Origin: a bacterium
GTDB lineage: Bacteria; Patescibacteriota; Minisyncoccia; Minisyncoccales; CG1-02-41-26
Assembly (NCBI GenBank): GCA_030603395.1
Contig: JAUVXX010000005.1
Location: 885 to 64,884, forward strand
Reading direction: 5' to 3'
DNA length: 64,000 nt
The notes below the pieces were generated by a model, which worked only from the letters and a program-made list of their open reading frames with translations, was not told the DNA's origin and did not search any database. Of the stretch, positions 31,917 through 42,886 are shown piece after piece (the stretch's first letter is position 1; each line of letters begins with the position of its first letter). Both the position numbers and the translations under genes were made by a program.

Positions 31917-34112
31917 ATGCCTAAACTCAAGAAAAGAAAAAAGAACAAGAGGCCTCAAAATAGAGCAATCAAGTCAAAAGAGAAATTCAAGTATCCTGTT
32001 TTGACTTTGAGATTGAAGAGGTGGATAGGGGCGATTATGATGTTTGTTCTGGGCTCGGTCGTAGCCTTTTCTTTTTTTGAGAAAGCAGGAAAAGCGGGAC
32101 AGGTAATTTTTAGAGGATTAAATTTTCTCATCGGTAAAACAATATTTTTTATTCCTCTTCTGTTAATTCTGGGGGGATGGATAATTTTGAGGCCCCAGAA
32201 GAAGAGAATTTTCTCACCGATTTTTTACGGGATTTTAGTTTTAACTGTTGGCATTTCTGGAATTTTAGGAACTCAAAATTTAGCCGAAAACGCAGGCGGC
32301 TGGCTTGGTTATTTGTTATCCTGGCCCTTTTTAAATTATTTTGGTTTCTGGATAAGTATTATTGTTTTTTCAGCCTTAGTTTTGATTGGCGGGCTGATTT
32401 TTTGGGAATTTATGCCCAAGAAGAAAATTTCACCTGAGAAGGTTGTTGAAGAAAAAAAGAAGGAAGAAGAAAAAGAAAAAGCCGCGAGCGACAAACCCTT
32501 GATGGGCAAGCCAAAATTTGAAATTAAACCAATTGAAATTCCTCAAAAGAAAAAAGAGCTTGTTCCAGAGGAACAAAAAGAGGCGCTCGGACAAGTAAGA
32601 ATTCCGCCCCCCGAATTTCCCAGGGAGGCGAGAAACTATAAATTTCCTCCGATTGACCTCCTGGATTTAAGAGAAGAGACGCCATCAAGCGGTGATATTG
32701 AAACGAGCTCTCTGATTATTAAGAAAACATTGCAGAATTTTGGCATTGAGGTTGAAATGTCTGAAGTAAACGTTGGCCCGACCGTTACTCAATATACCTT
32801 GAAGCCGTCTGAAGGAGTGAAGCTTTCCAAAATTATTGGTTTGAGCAATGACCTGGCCTTGGCTTTAGCCAGCCACCCCATCAGAATTGAAGCTCCCATT
32901 CCCGGCAGGGCTTTGGTGGGGATTGAAGTTCCCAATAAAATCAGGGCAAAAGTGAAAGCAGGCAGTTTAATTGCCTCTTCGCAGTTTCAAAAATCTTCTT
33001 TCCCTCTTACTTTTTGTTTGGGAAAAGACGTCAAGGGCAGCTTCTTTTATCAGGACTTAGACAAGATGCCCCATCTTTTGATAGCCGGCTCCACCGGTTC
33101 GGGAAAGACAATTTGCCTGAACTCGCTAATTTTAAGTTTAATTTACCGCAATTCTCCCAAAATTTTAAGATTAATTTTAATTGACCCCAAAAGAGTAGAA
33201 TTCCCGGTTTATAATGCTTTGCCCCACCTTTTAACCCCGGTTATTCTCAATGCTCAAAAAGCGATTAATGCCATTAATTGGTTAATCGGGGAAATGGAAA
33301 GGAGGTTTGAAGTGTTACAGGAGAGTCGGACGCGAGATATTTCAAGTTACAACAAACTCCTGAAAGAAAAACCGGAGATGACAAAACAAGGATTTGTTGT
33401 TATGCCCTATATTGTTTTGATTATTGATGAATTGGCTGACCTGATGGCTTCCCGGGGCAGGGAGGTGGAGGCCGGCATTGTCAGATTGAGCCAGCTTGCC
33501 AGAGCCGTGGGGATTCATTTGGTAGTAGCCACCCAACGGCCGTCGGTTGAGATAATTACCGGTTTAATTAAAGCCAACATTTCCTCCCGTGTCGCTTTCC
33601 AGGTTGCTTCTCAAATTGATTCAAGAACCATCTTAGATATGGCAGGGGCGGAGAAGCTTTTAGGTTGGGGAGACATGCTTTTCATCTCTGCCGAACTTTC
33701 CCGGCCAAAAAGAATCCAGGGGAGTTTTGTTAGCTCTTCGGAGATTAAAAAGGTAGTCAATTTTATCAAAAAAGAGAACGTGGAGGAAGAAAAACAGGAG
33801 ATGGAGGAGAGTTTAGAGAGAGAGTTAACCGGGGAGGAGAGAGGAAAATTACCGGGCGTATCTTTTGAAGAGGACCCTCTCTACGAGGAAGCCAAAAGCG
33901 TGGTTGTGGAGTACCGTAAAGCTTCGGCTTCTCTCTTGCAAAGGAGATTAAAAATTGGCTACGCCAGGGCAGCCCGGCTTCTGGATATACTGGAAGAGAG
34001 AGGAGTGGTGGGACCGGGGGAGGGAGCTAAACCACGGAAGGTGTACTTGAAAGAGAATCCTCAAGACCCAAATTCCGGTGACCAAAAAGATTCTGATTGG
34101 GAAAAACTGTAA
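31917..34112 (+). CDS. ftsK: DNA translocase FtsK/SpoIIIE
   Basis: 4-TM N-terminus, PHLLIAGSTGSGKT, IDELADLM, gamma domain (LLQRRLKIGYARAAR). Confidence 0.95.
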   Translation: MPKLKKRKKNKRPQNRAIKSKEKFKYPVLTLRLKRWIGAIMMFVLGSVVAFSFFEKAGKAGQVIFRGLNFLIGKTIFFIPLLLILGGWIILRPQKKRIFSPIFYGILVLTVGISGILGTQNLAENAGGWLGYLLSWPFLNYFGFWISIIVFSALVLIGGLIFWEFMPKKKISPEKVVEEKKKEEEKEKAASDKPLMGKPKFEIKPIEIPQKKKELVPEEQKEALGQVRIPPPEFPREARNYKFPPIDLLDLREETPSSGDIETSSLIIKKTLQNFGIEVEMSEVNVGPTVTQYTLKPSEGVKLSKIIGLSNDLALALASHPIRIEAPIPGRALVGIEVPNKIRAKVKAGSLIASSQFQKSSFPLTFCLGKDVKGSFFYQDLDKMPHLLIAGSTGSGKTICLNSLILSLIYRNSPKILRLILIDPKRVEFPVYNALPHLLTPVILNAQKAINAINWLIGEMERRFEVLQESRTRDISSYNKLLKEKPEMTKQGFVVMPYIVLIIDELADLMASRGREVEAGIVRLSQLARAVGIHLVVATQRPSVEIITGLIKANISSRVAFQVASQIDSRTILDMAGAEKLLGWGDMLFISAELSRPKRIQGSFVSSSEIKKVVNFIKKENVEEEKQEMEESLERELTGEERGKLPGVSFEEDPLYEEAKSVVVEYRKASASLLQRRLKIGYARAARLLDILEERGVVGPGEGAKPRKVYLKENPQDPNSGDQKDSDWEKL

Positions 34113-34133
34113 AAAAAATGTTATAATAATTTT

Positions 34134-35132
34134 ATGACAAAGAAGAAAGACGAAAAGAAGAAAGGATTAGATGAGGCCATAGAAGAGATTAGGCAGAGGT
34201 TTGGCGAAGGAGCCATTATGAAATTGGCCGGGGTAAGGCCGGTTGATGTTGATGTCATTCCAACCGGAACTATTTCTCTGGACTTGGCTCTGGGAGTTGG
34301 AGGAGTGCCGAGAGGCAGAGTAATTGAGATTTTTGGCCCTGAAAGTTCGGGAAAAACTAGTTTGGCGCTCCATATTTTAGCTGAAGCCCAAAGAAAAGGA
34401 GGGGTGGGAGCTTTTGTTGATGCTGAACACGCTCTGGACCCTGACTATGCCAAAAAAATCGGAGTTAACACTGATGACCTTTTGATTTCTCAGCCCGACT
34501 CTGGGGAACAAGCCCTGCAGATTGTGGAAACTCTGATTCGCTCCAAAGCCATTGACATTATTGTCATTGACTCGGTGGCTGCCTTAACTCCCAAAGCAGA
34601 GATTGAAGGTGAGATTGGAGACCAGCACATAGGTCGTCAGGCCCGTCTTATGTCGCAAGCGTTGAGAATGTTGTCTGGAGTTGTTGCTAAAACTAAAACC
34701 TCGGTCATTTTCCTGAACCAAACCAGAATGAAAATCGGAATTCTCTGGGGTAATCCTGAAACGACGCCGGGCGGCATGGCTTTGAAATTTTATTCTTCGG
34801 TTCGCATAAAATTGAACAGAATTGCTCAGATTAAACAAAGAGATGAAATTGTTGGTTCAAGAATTAAAGCCAAGATTGTTAAAAACAAAGTGGCTGCTCC
34901 CTTCAAGACGGCTGAATTTGATATTTATTGGAATGAAGGAATTTCCAAGTCAGCTGACCTCATCAATACTGGTCTGAATTATGGTGTTATCAAAAAAGCC
35001 GGCAGTTGGTACCAGTATGGAGCAAAAAAAATCGGCCAGGGTGTATCTGGCGTTAGAGAATTTCTAAAAGAGAACCCAAAAGCTGAGGAAGAAATAAAGA
35101 AAGCAATAATGGAGAAAATTCAGGAGAAGTAA
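34134..35132 (+). CDS. recA: Recombinase RecA
   Basis: [25 protein letters not shown]. Confidence 0.98.
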   Translation: MTKKKDEKKKGLDEAIEEIRQRFGEGAIMKLAGVRPVDVDVIPTGTISLDLALGVGGVPRGRVIEIFGPESSGKTSLALHILAEAQRKGGVGAFVDAEHALDPDYAKKIGVNTDDLLISQPDSGEQALQIVETLIRSKAIDIIVIDSVAALTPKAEIEGEIGDQHIGRQARLMSQALRMLSGVVAKTKTSVIFLNQTRMKIGILWGNPETTPGGMALKFYSSVRIKLNRIAQIKQRDEIVGSRIKAKIVKNKVAAPFKTAEFDIYWNEGISKSADLINTGLNYGVIKKAGSWYQYGAKKIGQGVSGVREFLKENPKAEEEIKKAIMEKIQEK

Positions 35133-35133
35133 T

Positions 35134-35331
35134 TTACTCTTTGGTGTAGGGTAAGAGAGCCATAAATCTGGCTCTTTTAGTTGCTTGGGCTAACCTTCTT
35201 TGATGATAGGCGCAAAGCCCAGTTTTTTTTCTGGGCCTGATTTTTCCCAGAGCCGACATGAATTTTTCCAGAGCCCTGGTATCTCGGAAATTAATCTCTT
35301 TGACGTTTCTTTGACAAAAATAACAATGCAT
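35134..35331 (-). CDS. rpsR: 30S ribosomal protein S18 (Zn-binding form)
   Basis: CYFC...GKIRPRKKTGLCAYHQRRL...RARFMALLPY; start at ATG 35331. Confidence 0.92.
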   Translation of the reverse strand: MHCYFCQRNVKEINFRDTRALEKFMSALGKIRPRKKTGLCAYHQRRLAQATKRARFMALLPYTKE

Positions 35332-35360
35332 AGTGGTACTAGAGAGCAAGCTCGCGGCAC

Positions 35361-35455
35361 GCGCCACTCGCTTTGAGCGAGTGCGCTAACACCGCTCTTT
35401 AAAAACCCTCGGTTTTTAATATTTTCCTACACGGGAGAACCGTAGGGTTCTCCCG
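35361..35455. repeat. Cluster of three hairpins between ssb and rpsR
   Basis: CACTCGCT-TTG-AGCGAGTG; TTAAAAACC-CTC-GGTTTTTAA; CGGGAGAACC-GTAG-GGTTCTCCCG. Confidence 0.7.
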
Positions 35456-35479
35456 ACCCCTCTCCGATATGGGTTTACT

Positions 35480-36408
<929 letters not shown>

Positions 36409-36576
36409 ATGTTTGATTTTATCAGTCTCTTTTCAAAAGTCAAATGATTTTGCTATAATTACAAGCGAAGAAGAAATTAAAGAATTTATTCTTGAATTTC
36501 GACTGAGCGAAGTAATTTCAAGGTTCTGCCTGTAGGCAGGTTCTTATAATTAAACTACCTTGAGATTTATAAATAT

Positions 36577-37944
36577 ATGTCAAAAATTAATTCAAATATT
36601 TTTAGGGCCTACGATATCCGGGGAGTTTATCCGAAAGAAATCAACCCAGAGAACACCGAAATGATAGGTAGAGCTTTTGTTAAGTTCTTAAGAAGACGTT
36701 TAAAAATTAAAAGCTTAAAGATTGTTGTTGGGAGAGATAATCGTCTTTCTTCACCAGTTCTTTGCCAAGCTTTAAAGAAGGGGATTTTAAATGAAGGGGG
36801 GGATGTAGTTGATATTGGTTTAAGTTCTACCCCCATGTTCTATTTTGCTGTCTGGAAATACAGGTTTGATGGCGGAATCCAGGTGACTGGTTCTCACAAT
36901 CCTCCTAAGTACAATGGTTTTAAGGTTGTGGGGAAGGATGCGGAAATGATTGGAGAGAGCAATGGTTTGACAGAGATTAAAGAAATAGCCCTTCGAGAGA
37001 AAGAGGCAGGGAAGGAACTAAAGAAAGGTAGAGCCAGAGAGAGAAACATTTTAAGCGATTATATAAGATTTAATCTTAAGGGGGTTAAACTTGAAAAGTT
37101 AAGACCTCATAAAATAGCCATTGATACCGGTAATGCCGTATCTGGAATTTTAGTCCGGGAGCTCAAAAAATATTTACCTTGTAAAATTTATCATCTTTTT
37201 CCCAAACTAGACGGTACTTTTCCTAATCACGGTCTTGATCCAGCCGAAGAGAAGAATTTAAGACCTCTCCAAAAAGTTGTTAAAGAGAAAAAACTTAACC
37301 TTGGCATAGCTTTTGATGGTGATGGGGATAGAATTTTCTTTGTTGATGAGAAAGGTAAAGCAATTCCCTCAAGTTTTATCGTTGCTCTCATTGCTAAGAT
37401 AATCTTAAGAGAAAGAGCAGGTGAGAAAATTTTCTATGATATTTGTATGAGCAACATAATCAAAGAGGTGGTAAAAGAAGCGGGAGGAGTTCCCATAGTA
37501 ACTAAGGTTGGTCATACTTTTATCAAAGAGAAAATGCTAAAAGAAAGACCTGCTTTTGCTGGCGAATACTCAGGTCACTATTATCTAAGGGAACATAATT
37601 TTTGCGAAGCTCCTCTTTTTGTAATTTTCAAAATCATTGAAGAAATGTCAGTTAGAGGAGAGGGTATTTCTAATCTGACTAAACCTTTTCAAAAGTATTT
37701 TCATTCGGGAAGAATAAACCTTGAAATCAAAGATAAAAAAAGAGTCCTTGAGTTGCTCGAGAAGAAATACCAAGGAGGTAAAATTTCTCGTCTGGACGGT
37801 TTGAGAATTGATTTCAAAGATTGGTGGTTTAACGCCCGTCCTTCAAACACCGAAGACCTTTTAAGAGTGGTGGTTGAAGCAAAAACAAAATCTCTGATGA
37901 AAGAGAAGTTAAAAGAGATAATAGAAATTTTAAAAGGGAAATAA
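36577..37944 (+). CDS. manB: Phosphomannomutase/phosphoglucomutase (alpha-D-phosphohexomutase)
   Basis: FRAYDIRG, TGSHNP, FDGDGDR, GEYSGH, RPSNTE. Confidence 0.9.
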   Translation: MSKINSNIFRAYDIRGVYPKEINPENTEMIGRAFVKFLRRRLKIKSLKIVVGRDNRLSSPVLCQALKKGILNEGGDVVDIGLSSTPMFYFAVWKYRFDGGIQVTGSHNPPKYNGFKVVGKDAEMIGESNGLTEIKEIALREKEAGKELKKGRARERNILSDYIRFNLKGVKLEKLRPHKIAIDTGNAVSGILVRELKKYLPCKIYHLFPKLDGTFPNHGLDPAEEKNLRPLQKVVKEKKLNLGIAFDGDGDRIFFVDEKGKAIPSSFIVALIAKIILRERAGEKIFYDICMSNIIKEVVKEAGGVPIVTKVGHTFIKEKMLKERPAFAGEYSGHYYLREHNFCEAPLFVIFKIIEEMSVRGEGISNLTKPFQKYFHSGRINLEIKDKKRVLELLEKKYQGGKISRLDGLRIDFKDWWFNARPSNTEDLLRVVVEAKTKSLMKEKLKEIIEILKGK

Positions 37945-38283
37945 TCATTTAAAATCTATTCTGAACTCAAAGCCACGTTTTTTAAAGCCCAATTTTTCAT
38001 AAAAATTATGAACTTCTGGTCGAGTAAAACGACTGGTACAAATTAACTTATAACAATTTGCTTTCTTTGCTTCTTCAATTAAAACTTTCATAATCTTTGT
38101 GCCATAACCCTTGCCTTGCTTCTCTTCCCTAACAAAAACGTCTTCAATCAAGCCAAAAGGTTCTTTGTGTAAATCGTTGTTTAAAATATAGAGTCGGGCC
38201 CTGGCCACTTCCTGGTTGTTTTCCAAAATTAAAAACTTTAAGCCTTTTCCAGAAATTTTTTTAATTTTTATCTCTTCTCTCAT
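37945..38283 (-). CDS. GNAT acetyltransferase, glucosamine-6-phosphate N-acetyltransferase (GNA1)-like
   Basis: IEDVFV..QGKGYG...CYKLI...FYEKLGF; starts 3 nt after the glmS stop. Confidence 0.75.
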   Translation of the reverse strand: MREEIKIKKISGKGLKFLILENNQEVARARLYILNNDLHKEPFGLIEDVFVREEKQGKGYGTKIMKVLIEEAKKANCYKLICTSRFTRPEVHNFYEKLGFKKRGFEFRIDFK

Positions 38284-38286
38284 AAT

Positions 38287-40086
38287 TTATTCTACGGTAA
38301 CAGATTTTGCCAAATTGCGGGGTCTATCCGGATCAATATTTTTTAAGTCAGCAATGTAGTAAGCTAAAAGTTGCAAAGGAACAACATTCAAGATTGGAGA
38401 TAACAATTCATTCGTTTCCGGAATTTTAATAATAAAATCGCTAAGCTCTTCAATTTTGGAATCTTCTTTTGAAATAACAGTAATTATCCTTCCTTTTCTT
38501 GCTTTAACTTCCTCAATATTGCTTAAAATTTTGTTGTAAGTTTGATCTCTGGTAGCTACAAAAACAACTGGCATATCTTTATCAATCAAAGCGATAGGAC
38601 CGTGTTTCATTTCGGCTGCCGGATAACCCTCAGCGTGAATATAAGAGATTTCTTTAAGTTTTAAAGCACCTTCTAAAGCTACTGGGAAATTAATTCCTCT
38701 TCCAAGATAAAGAAAATTTTTGTTTTCGGTAAATCCCTCCGCCACCGCCTTTATTTTATCAGCTTCTTTTAAAATCAATTGAATTTTCTTGGAAATATTT
38801 TTGAGCTCTTCTAAAATTTCTTTGTCGGGACTGATTCCCTTTTCCTGCTGAAAATACAAAGCCAATAAAGTTAAGGCGGTGAGCTGGCAGGTGAACGCCT
38901 TAGTTGAAGCCACTCCTATTTCGGGTCCGGCGTGTAAAAATATTCCAGAATCCACTTCTCTTGAAACGGTTGAACCAACAACGTTTACAATTCCCAAAGT
39001 TTTAGCTCTCTTTAACTCAGCTTCTTTTAAAGCCCCTAAAGTGTCAGCTGTTTCTCCTGATTGGGAAATTGTAATTAGTAAATCTTGAGAGGCAACGAGA
39101 GGGTTTCTGTATCTAAACTCTGAAGCATAATCCACTTCTACCGGAATTTTGGTTAGTTTTTCAATTATATACTTGCCAACTAAACAAGCATGCCAGCTTG
39201 TACCGCAAGCGATTAAGACAATTCTTTTAATTGAGTTTGGGTCAAGGTTAAGAGATAATTTTATTTTCTTTTCTTTAATCCTTCCCCTTAAAGTATTTTC
39301 TAGGGCTTGCGGCTGTTCAAATATCTCTTTAAGCATAAAGTGCTTATATCCTTTCTTTTCTATCTGGCCGGCTGTCCATTTTATCTCCTCAATTTCTTTC
39401 TCAATTTCTTTGCCGTCTAAATTTTTAACAGAAAAGCTATTGGCGGTAACCGTTGCCAACTCGTTATCCTGGAGATAGACTACTTTTCTCGTTTGGTCCA
39501 AGAGGGCTGCGGCATCAGAAGCAACAAACATTTCATTACTGCCTTTGCCAATTATTAAAGGCGAGCCTTTTCTGACAACCACTATTTTGGGCTCCTTAGC
39601 ATGAATTATCGCTAAGCCAAAAGCTCCCTCTAAAAGTTTTAAAGCCCGCATAACTGCCCTTTCTAAATCGCCTTGGTAAAATTTTTCTATCAAGTGGGCA
39701 ATAATTTCGGAGTCAGTTGCTGAAACTATTTTATGACCCTCTTTTTCTAAAATATCTTTTAATGCTTGGTAATTTTCAATTATGCCATTGTGAACTATAG
39801 CTATCTCTCCCTTGCAATCCAGATGAGGATGAGCATTTATTTTCGAGGGAGCGCCGTGGGTTGCCCAGCGGGTTTGCGCTATGCCAATATTTCCCTCGAG
39901 GTTTTTAAATTCCAGATTTTTCTTAAGTCCAGAAATCCTGCCCTTTACTTTCAGATTTTTCAGCCGCTGATTCTGAATGGTGCAAATACCAGCTGAGTCA
40001 TAGCCGCGATACTCAAGCCGCTCCAGTCCTTTTATTAAAGTAGGAATGCTATTTTTATTGCCGATGTAGCCGATTATTCCGCACAT
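38287..40086 (-). CDS. glmS: Glutamine--fructose-6-phosphate transaminase
   Basis: MCGI, EYRGYDSAG, TRWATHG, SQSGETAD, PRNLAKSVTVE. Confidence 0.97.
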   Translation of the reverse strand: MCGIIGYIGNKNSIPTLIKGLERLEYRGYDSAGICTIQNQRLKNLKVKGRISGLKKNLEFKNLEGNIGIAQTRWATHGAPSKINAHPHLDCKGEIAIVHNGIIENYQALKDILEKEGHKIVSATDSEIIAHLIEKFYQGDLERAVMRALKLLEGAFGLAIIHAKEPKIVVVRKGSPLIIGKGSNEMFVASDAAALLDQTRKVVYLQDNELATVTANSFSVKNLDGKEIEKEIEEIKWTAGQIEKKGYKHFMLKEIFEQPQALENTLRGRIKEKKIKLSLNLDPNSIKRIVLIACGTSWHACLVGKYIIEKLTKIPVEVDYASEFRYRNPLVASQDLLITISQSGETADTLGALKEAELKRAKTLGIVNVVGSTVSREVDSGIFLHAGPEIGVASTKAFTCQLTALTLLALYFQQEKGISPDKEILEELKNISKKIQLILKEADKIKAVAEGFTENKNFLYLGRGINFPVALEGALKLKEISYIHAEGYPAAEMKHGPIALIDKDMPVVFVATRDQTYNKILSNIEEVKARKGRIITVISKEDSKIEELSDFIIKIPETNELLSPILNVVPLQLLAYYIADLKNIDPDRPRNLAKSVTVE

Positions 40087-40129
40087 AATTTTTTAGACGA
40101 CCTGCAATCATTAGTGATTTAAAATGGGT

Positions 40130-41110
40130 TTACTTTAGTAAACCCATTTTCTTTCGCACTTTTTTCATTGTTTCCTGGGCGATGATTTGGGCTCTTTTTC
40201 TGCCCTCCTCCAGGATTTTTTCCAAAAGAGTTTGACGAAGTTCCAGCTCTTTTTTCTTTCTCCGGAAGGGCTCAAGTTTTTCAATTAATAATTGAGACAA
40301 TTTTTCTTTGAAGGTTTGATAACCCTTACCTTCAAATTCTTTTTCAATATCAGTGGTTGAAATACCAGAGAACAAACTATAAATGGTCAAAAGGTTTGAG
40401 ATACCTGGCTTTTGAGAGACGTCATATTTAATTTCTTTTCCCGGGTCGGTTACCGCTGTCATTATTTTCTTTCTGATAGCATCAGGTTTGTCAAGCAACT
40501 CAATACATCCTTGGGGGTTATCAGTTTTTGACATTTTTTTCTCTGGGTTTTGGAGGGACATAATTTTCGCTCCTGTTTTTGGGAGCAAAACCTCAGGTTC
40601 CTTGAAGGTCTTGCCAAATTTTTTATTGAAACGTCGAGCGATTTCTCTGGCTAATTCAACATGTTGTTTTTGGTCTTTTCCTACCGGAACAAGGTCTGTC
40701 CCGTAGAGTAAAATATCAGCCGCCATTAAAATTGGGTAGTTCAAAAGCCCGGCATTGACATCTCTTTTGTGCTTTACTGACTTTTCTTTAAACTGGGTCA
40801 TTCTTTGGAGGTCGCCAATCGGGGTAACGGTTGACAGAAGCCAAGACAGTTCGGTATGTTCTTTTATTTGAGATTGGACAAAGAAAATACATTTTTCAGG
40901 ATTCAAGCCAGCGGCTAAATAAACCTTAGTGACCTCCATTATATTTTTTTGTAATTCTTGCGGCAGGTAGGGAGTGGTCATAGCATGGAGGTCGACAATG
41001 CTAAAAACACACTCATTTTTTTCCTGGAGCGCAATCCAATTTTTTATAGCTCCCAGATAATTGCCTATATGAATTTCACCGGTTGGTCGAATACCACTAA
41101 ATATTCGCAT
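40130..41110 (-). CDS. trpS: Tryptophan--tRNA ligase
   Basis: HIGNYLGA, YPILMAADIL, VPVGKDQ, KMSKT. Confidence 0.97.
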   Translation of the reverse strand: MRIFSGIRPTGEIHIGNYLGAIKNWIALQEKNECVFSIVDLHAMTTPYLPQELQKNIMEVTKVYLAAGLNPEKCIFFVQSQIKEHTELSWLLSTVTPIGDLQRMTQFKEKSVKHKRDVNAGLLNYPILMAADILLYGTDLVPVGKDQKQHVELAREIARRFNKKFGKTFKEPEVLLPKTGAKIMSLQNPEKKMSKTDNPQGCIELLDKPDAIRKKIMTAVTDPGKEIKYDVSQKPGISNLLTIYSLFSGISTTDIEKEFEGKGYQTFKEKLSQLLIEKLEPFRRKKKELELRQTLLEKILEEGRKRAQIIAQETMKKVRKKMGLLK

Positions 41111-41115
41111 AGTTT

Positions 41116-42795
41116 TTAAACTTCTATAACGACGGGGAGAATCATCGGCCTTCTTTTTGTTTTGGAGAAAAGAAATTGGCCAATCTTATTTCTGAGCTCG
41201 TCTTTAACGTAAGACCAGTTAAGGGCTCCCCCTGAGCCAGCGGCTCTGTTAACTATTGCTATCACTCGTTTTCTGGTTTCTTTTAAAAGTTCCTTTGATT
41301 CTCTTAAATAGACGAACCCTCTTGATATTATATCAGGAGAACCTCTTACTTTTCCAGTTTGTCTGTCAACCAGAGCGACAATGACAAACATACCATCCTG
41401 GGATAAAACCTGGCGGTCCCGCAAGACCACCTCTCCGACATCCCCAATACCCAAACCATCAACCATCACATAATTTGAAGGCACTTTTTCCTTTTCCAGG
41501 GAAATTCTTTGGGGGGTTAACTTTACCACCTGGCCATTTCCAGCAACTAAAATATTTTCTTGTCTTATTCCTTCCTCTTCGGCTAACTCGGCATGCTTGA
41601 CCAGCATTGAATAGTATCCATAAATAGGCAGAAAGAATTTTGGTTTCATAATTTGTATCATCCGAGACAGTTCTTCTTGTTTGGCGTGGCCCGAAGCATG
41701 GATATCCATCATCCGGTAGTGAAAAACTTTGGCTCCCTGGCGGTGGAATTCGTCTTTGAGAATCTGAACCGTTCTTTCGTTGCCAGGAACCACCGAAGAG
41801 GAAAAGATAACAGTATCCTCTTTTTTAAGATGGATAAATTTATGCTCGCGATTGGCAATTCTCATAAAAACAGCACGTCCCTCTCCCTGAGCCCCGGTAC
41901 AAATAACGGTTATTTTTGAATCAGGAAACTTAGAAATATCTTTAGTTTTTATAAAAGTTCCTTTTTGGACTTTAATTTTTTTTAGGTTTTGAGCAATCTC
42001 AACGTTAGTTTTCATGCTGTAACCTTCAATGGCTACCTTTCTGTTATATTTTTCTGAAAGGATAATCAACTGTTGGATTCGGTTAATCATAGAGGAAAAA
42101 GAGGCAGCAATAATTCTACCTTTTACTTTCTTGAAGATTTCATCCAGGTTTTGGAAAATTGTTTTTTCAGAAAGCGAATGACCTTCTTCTTCAGCGCCGG
42201 TGGACTCAGACATCAAAAGCAAAATACCTCTTTGGCCGAGCTTCCTTAATTTTTCAAAATCGGTAGGTAATTCGTTAACTGGTGATTGGTCAAATTTAAA
42301 ATCGGAGGTGTGTAAAACATTACCAACCGGGGTTTGGATAAACAAACCAAGATTGTCCGGAATATTATGATTTTGTCTGAAAAATTCAATTTGAAATGGT
42401 CCTAGTTTAATACGAGAGCCATCTTTTACTTCTTCTATGTCAAGTTTGGGTTGATTGGCAAAATCTTCCTGTCTTTTCAAAATAATCCCTTTGGTTAATA
42501 GAGAAGCATACATGGGTACAGAACCAATTCTGGGAATGATGTAGGGGATAGCTCCAATATGGTCGTAATGACCGTGGGTCAGCACTACTCCCAGGATATT
42601 TTTTTCCTTGCCTTTGAGATAGGAAATATTGGGGATGATGCAATCAATGCCGGGCATATTTTCTCCGGGAAAACCAAGGCCCATATCAATAATTAAAATC
42701 TTCCTTTCGTATTCAAGGAGTTTCATGTTGAGTCCTACTTCTCCCTGGCCGCCCAGGGGAATTATGCGAAGATTTGGTTGTTGAGTTTTTTTCAT
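41116..42795 (-). CDS. rnj: Ribonuclease J
   Basis: IIPLGG, THGHYDHIG, SDFKFD, TGAQGE, HASGH, RRPMILPV. Confidence 0.95.
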   Translation of the reverse strand: MKKTQQPNLRIIPLGGQGEVGLNMKLLEYERKILIIDMGLGFPGENMPGIDCIIPNISYLKGKEKNILGVVLTHGHYDHIGAIPYIIPRIGSVPMYASLLTKGIILKRQEDFANQPKLDIEEVKDGSRIKLGPFQIEFFRQNHNIPDNLGLFIQTPVGNVLHTSDFKFDQSPVNELPTDFEKLRKLGQRGILLLMSESTGAEEEGHSLSEKTIFQNLDEIFKKVKGRIIAASFSSMINRIQQLIILSEKYNRKVAIEGYSMKTNVEIAQNLKKIKVQKGTFIKTKDISKFPDSKITVICTGAQGEGRAVFMRIANREHKFIHLKKEDTVIFSSSVVPGNERTVQILKDEFHRQGAKVFHYRMMDIHASGHAKQEELSRMIQIMKPKFFLPIYGYYSMLVKHAELAEEEGIRQENILVAGNGQVVKLTPQRISLEKEKVPSNYVMVDGLGIGDVGEVVLRDRQVLSQDGMFVIVALVDRQTGKVRGSPDIISRGFVYLRESKELLKETRKRVIAIVNRAAGSGGALNWSYVKDELRNKIGQFLFSKTKRRPMILPVVIEV

Positions 42796-42880
42796 GGTGC
42801 GGGCAGGAGGATTTGCACCCCCACAGGATTTCTCCCACTAGCTCCTGAAGCTAGCGCGTCTGCTGTTTCGCCATGCCCGC
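42795..42880 (-). tRNA. tRNA-Leu(CAG), CCA encoded
   Basis: GCGGGCA...CTAGC-TTCAGGA-GCTAG...TGCCCGC-A-CCA; long variable arm. Confidence 0.93.
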
Positions 42881-42886
42881 CTTTTT

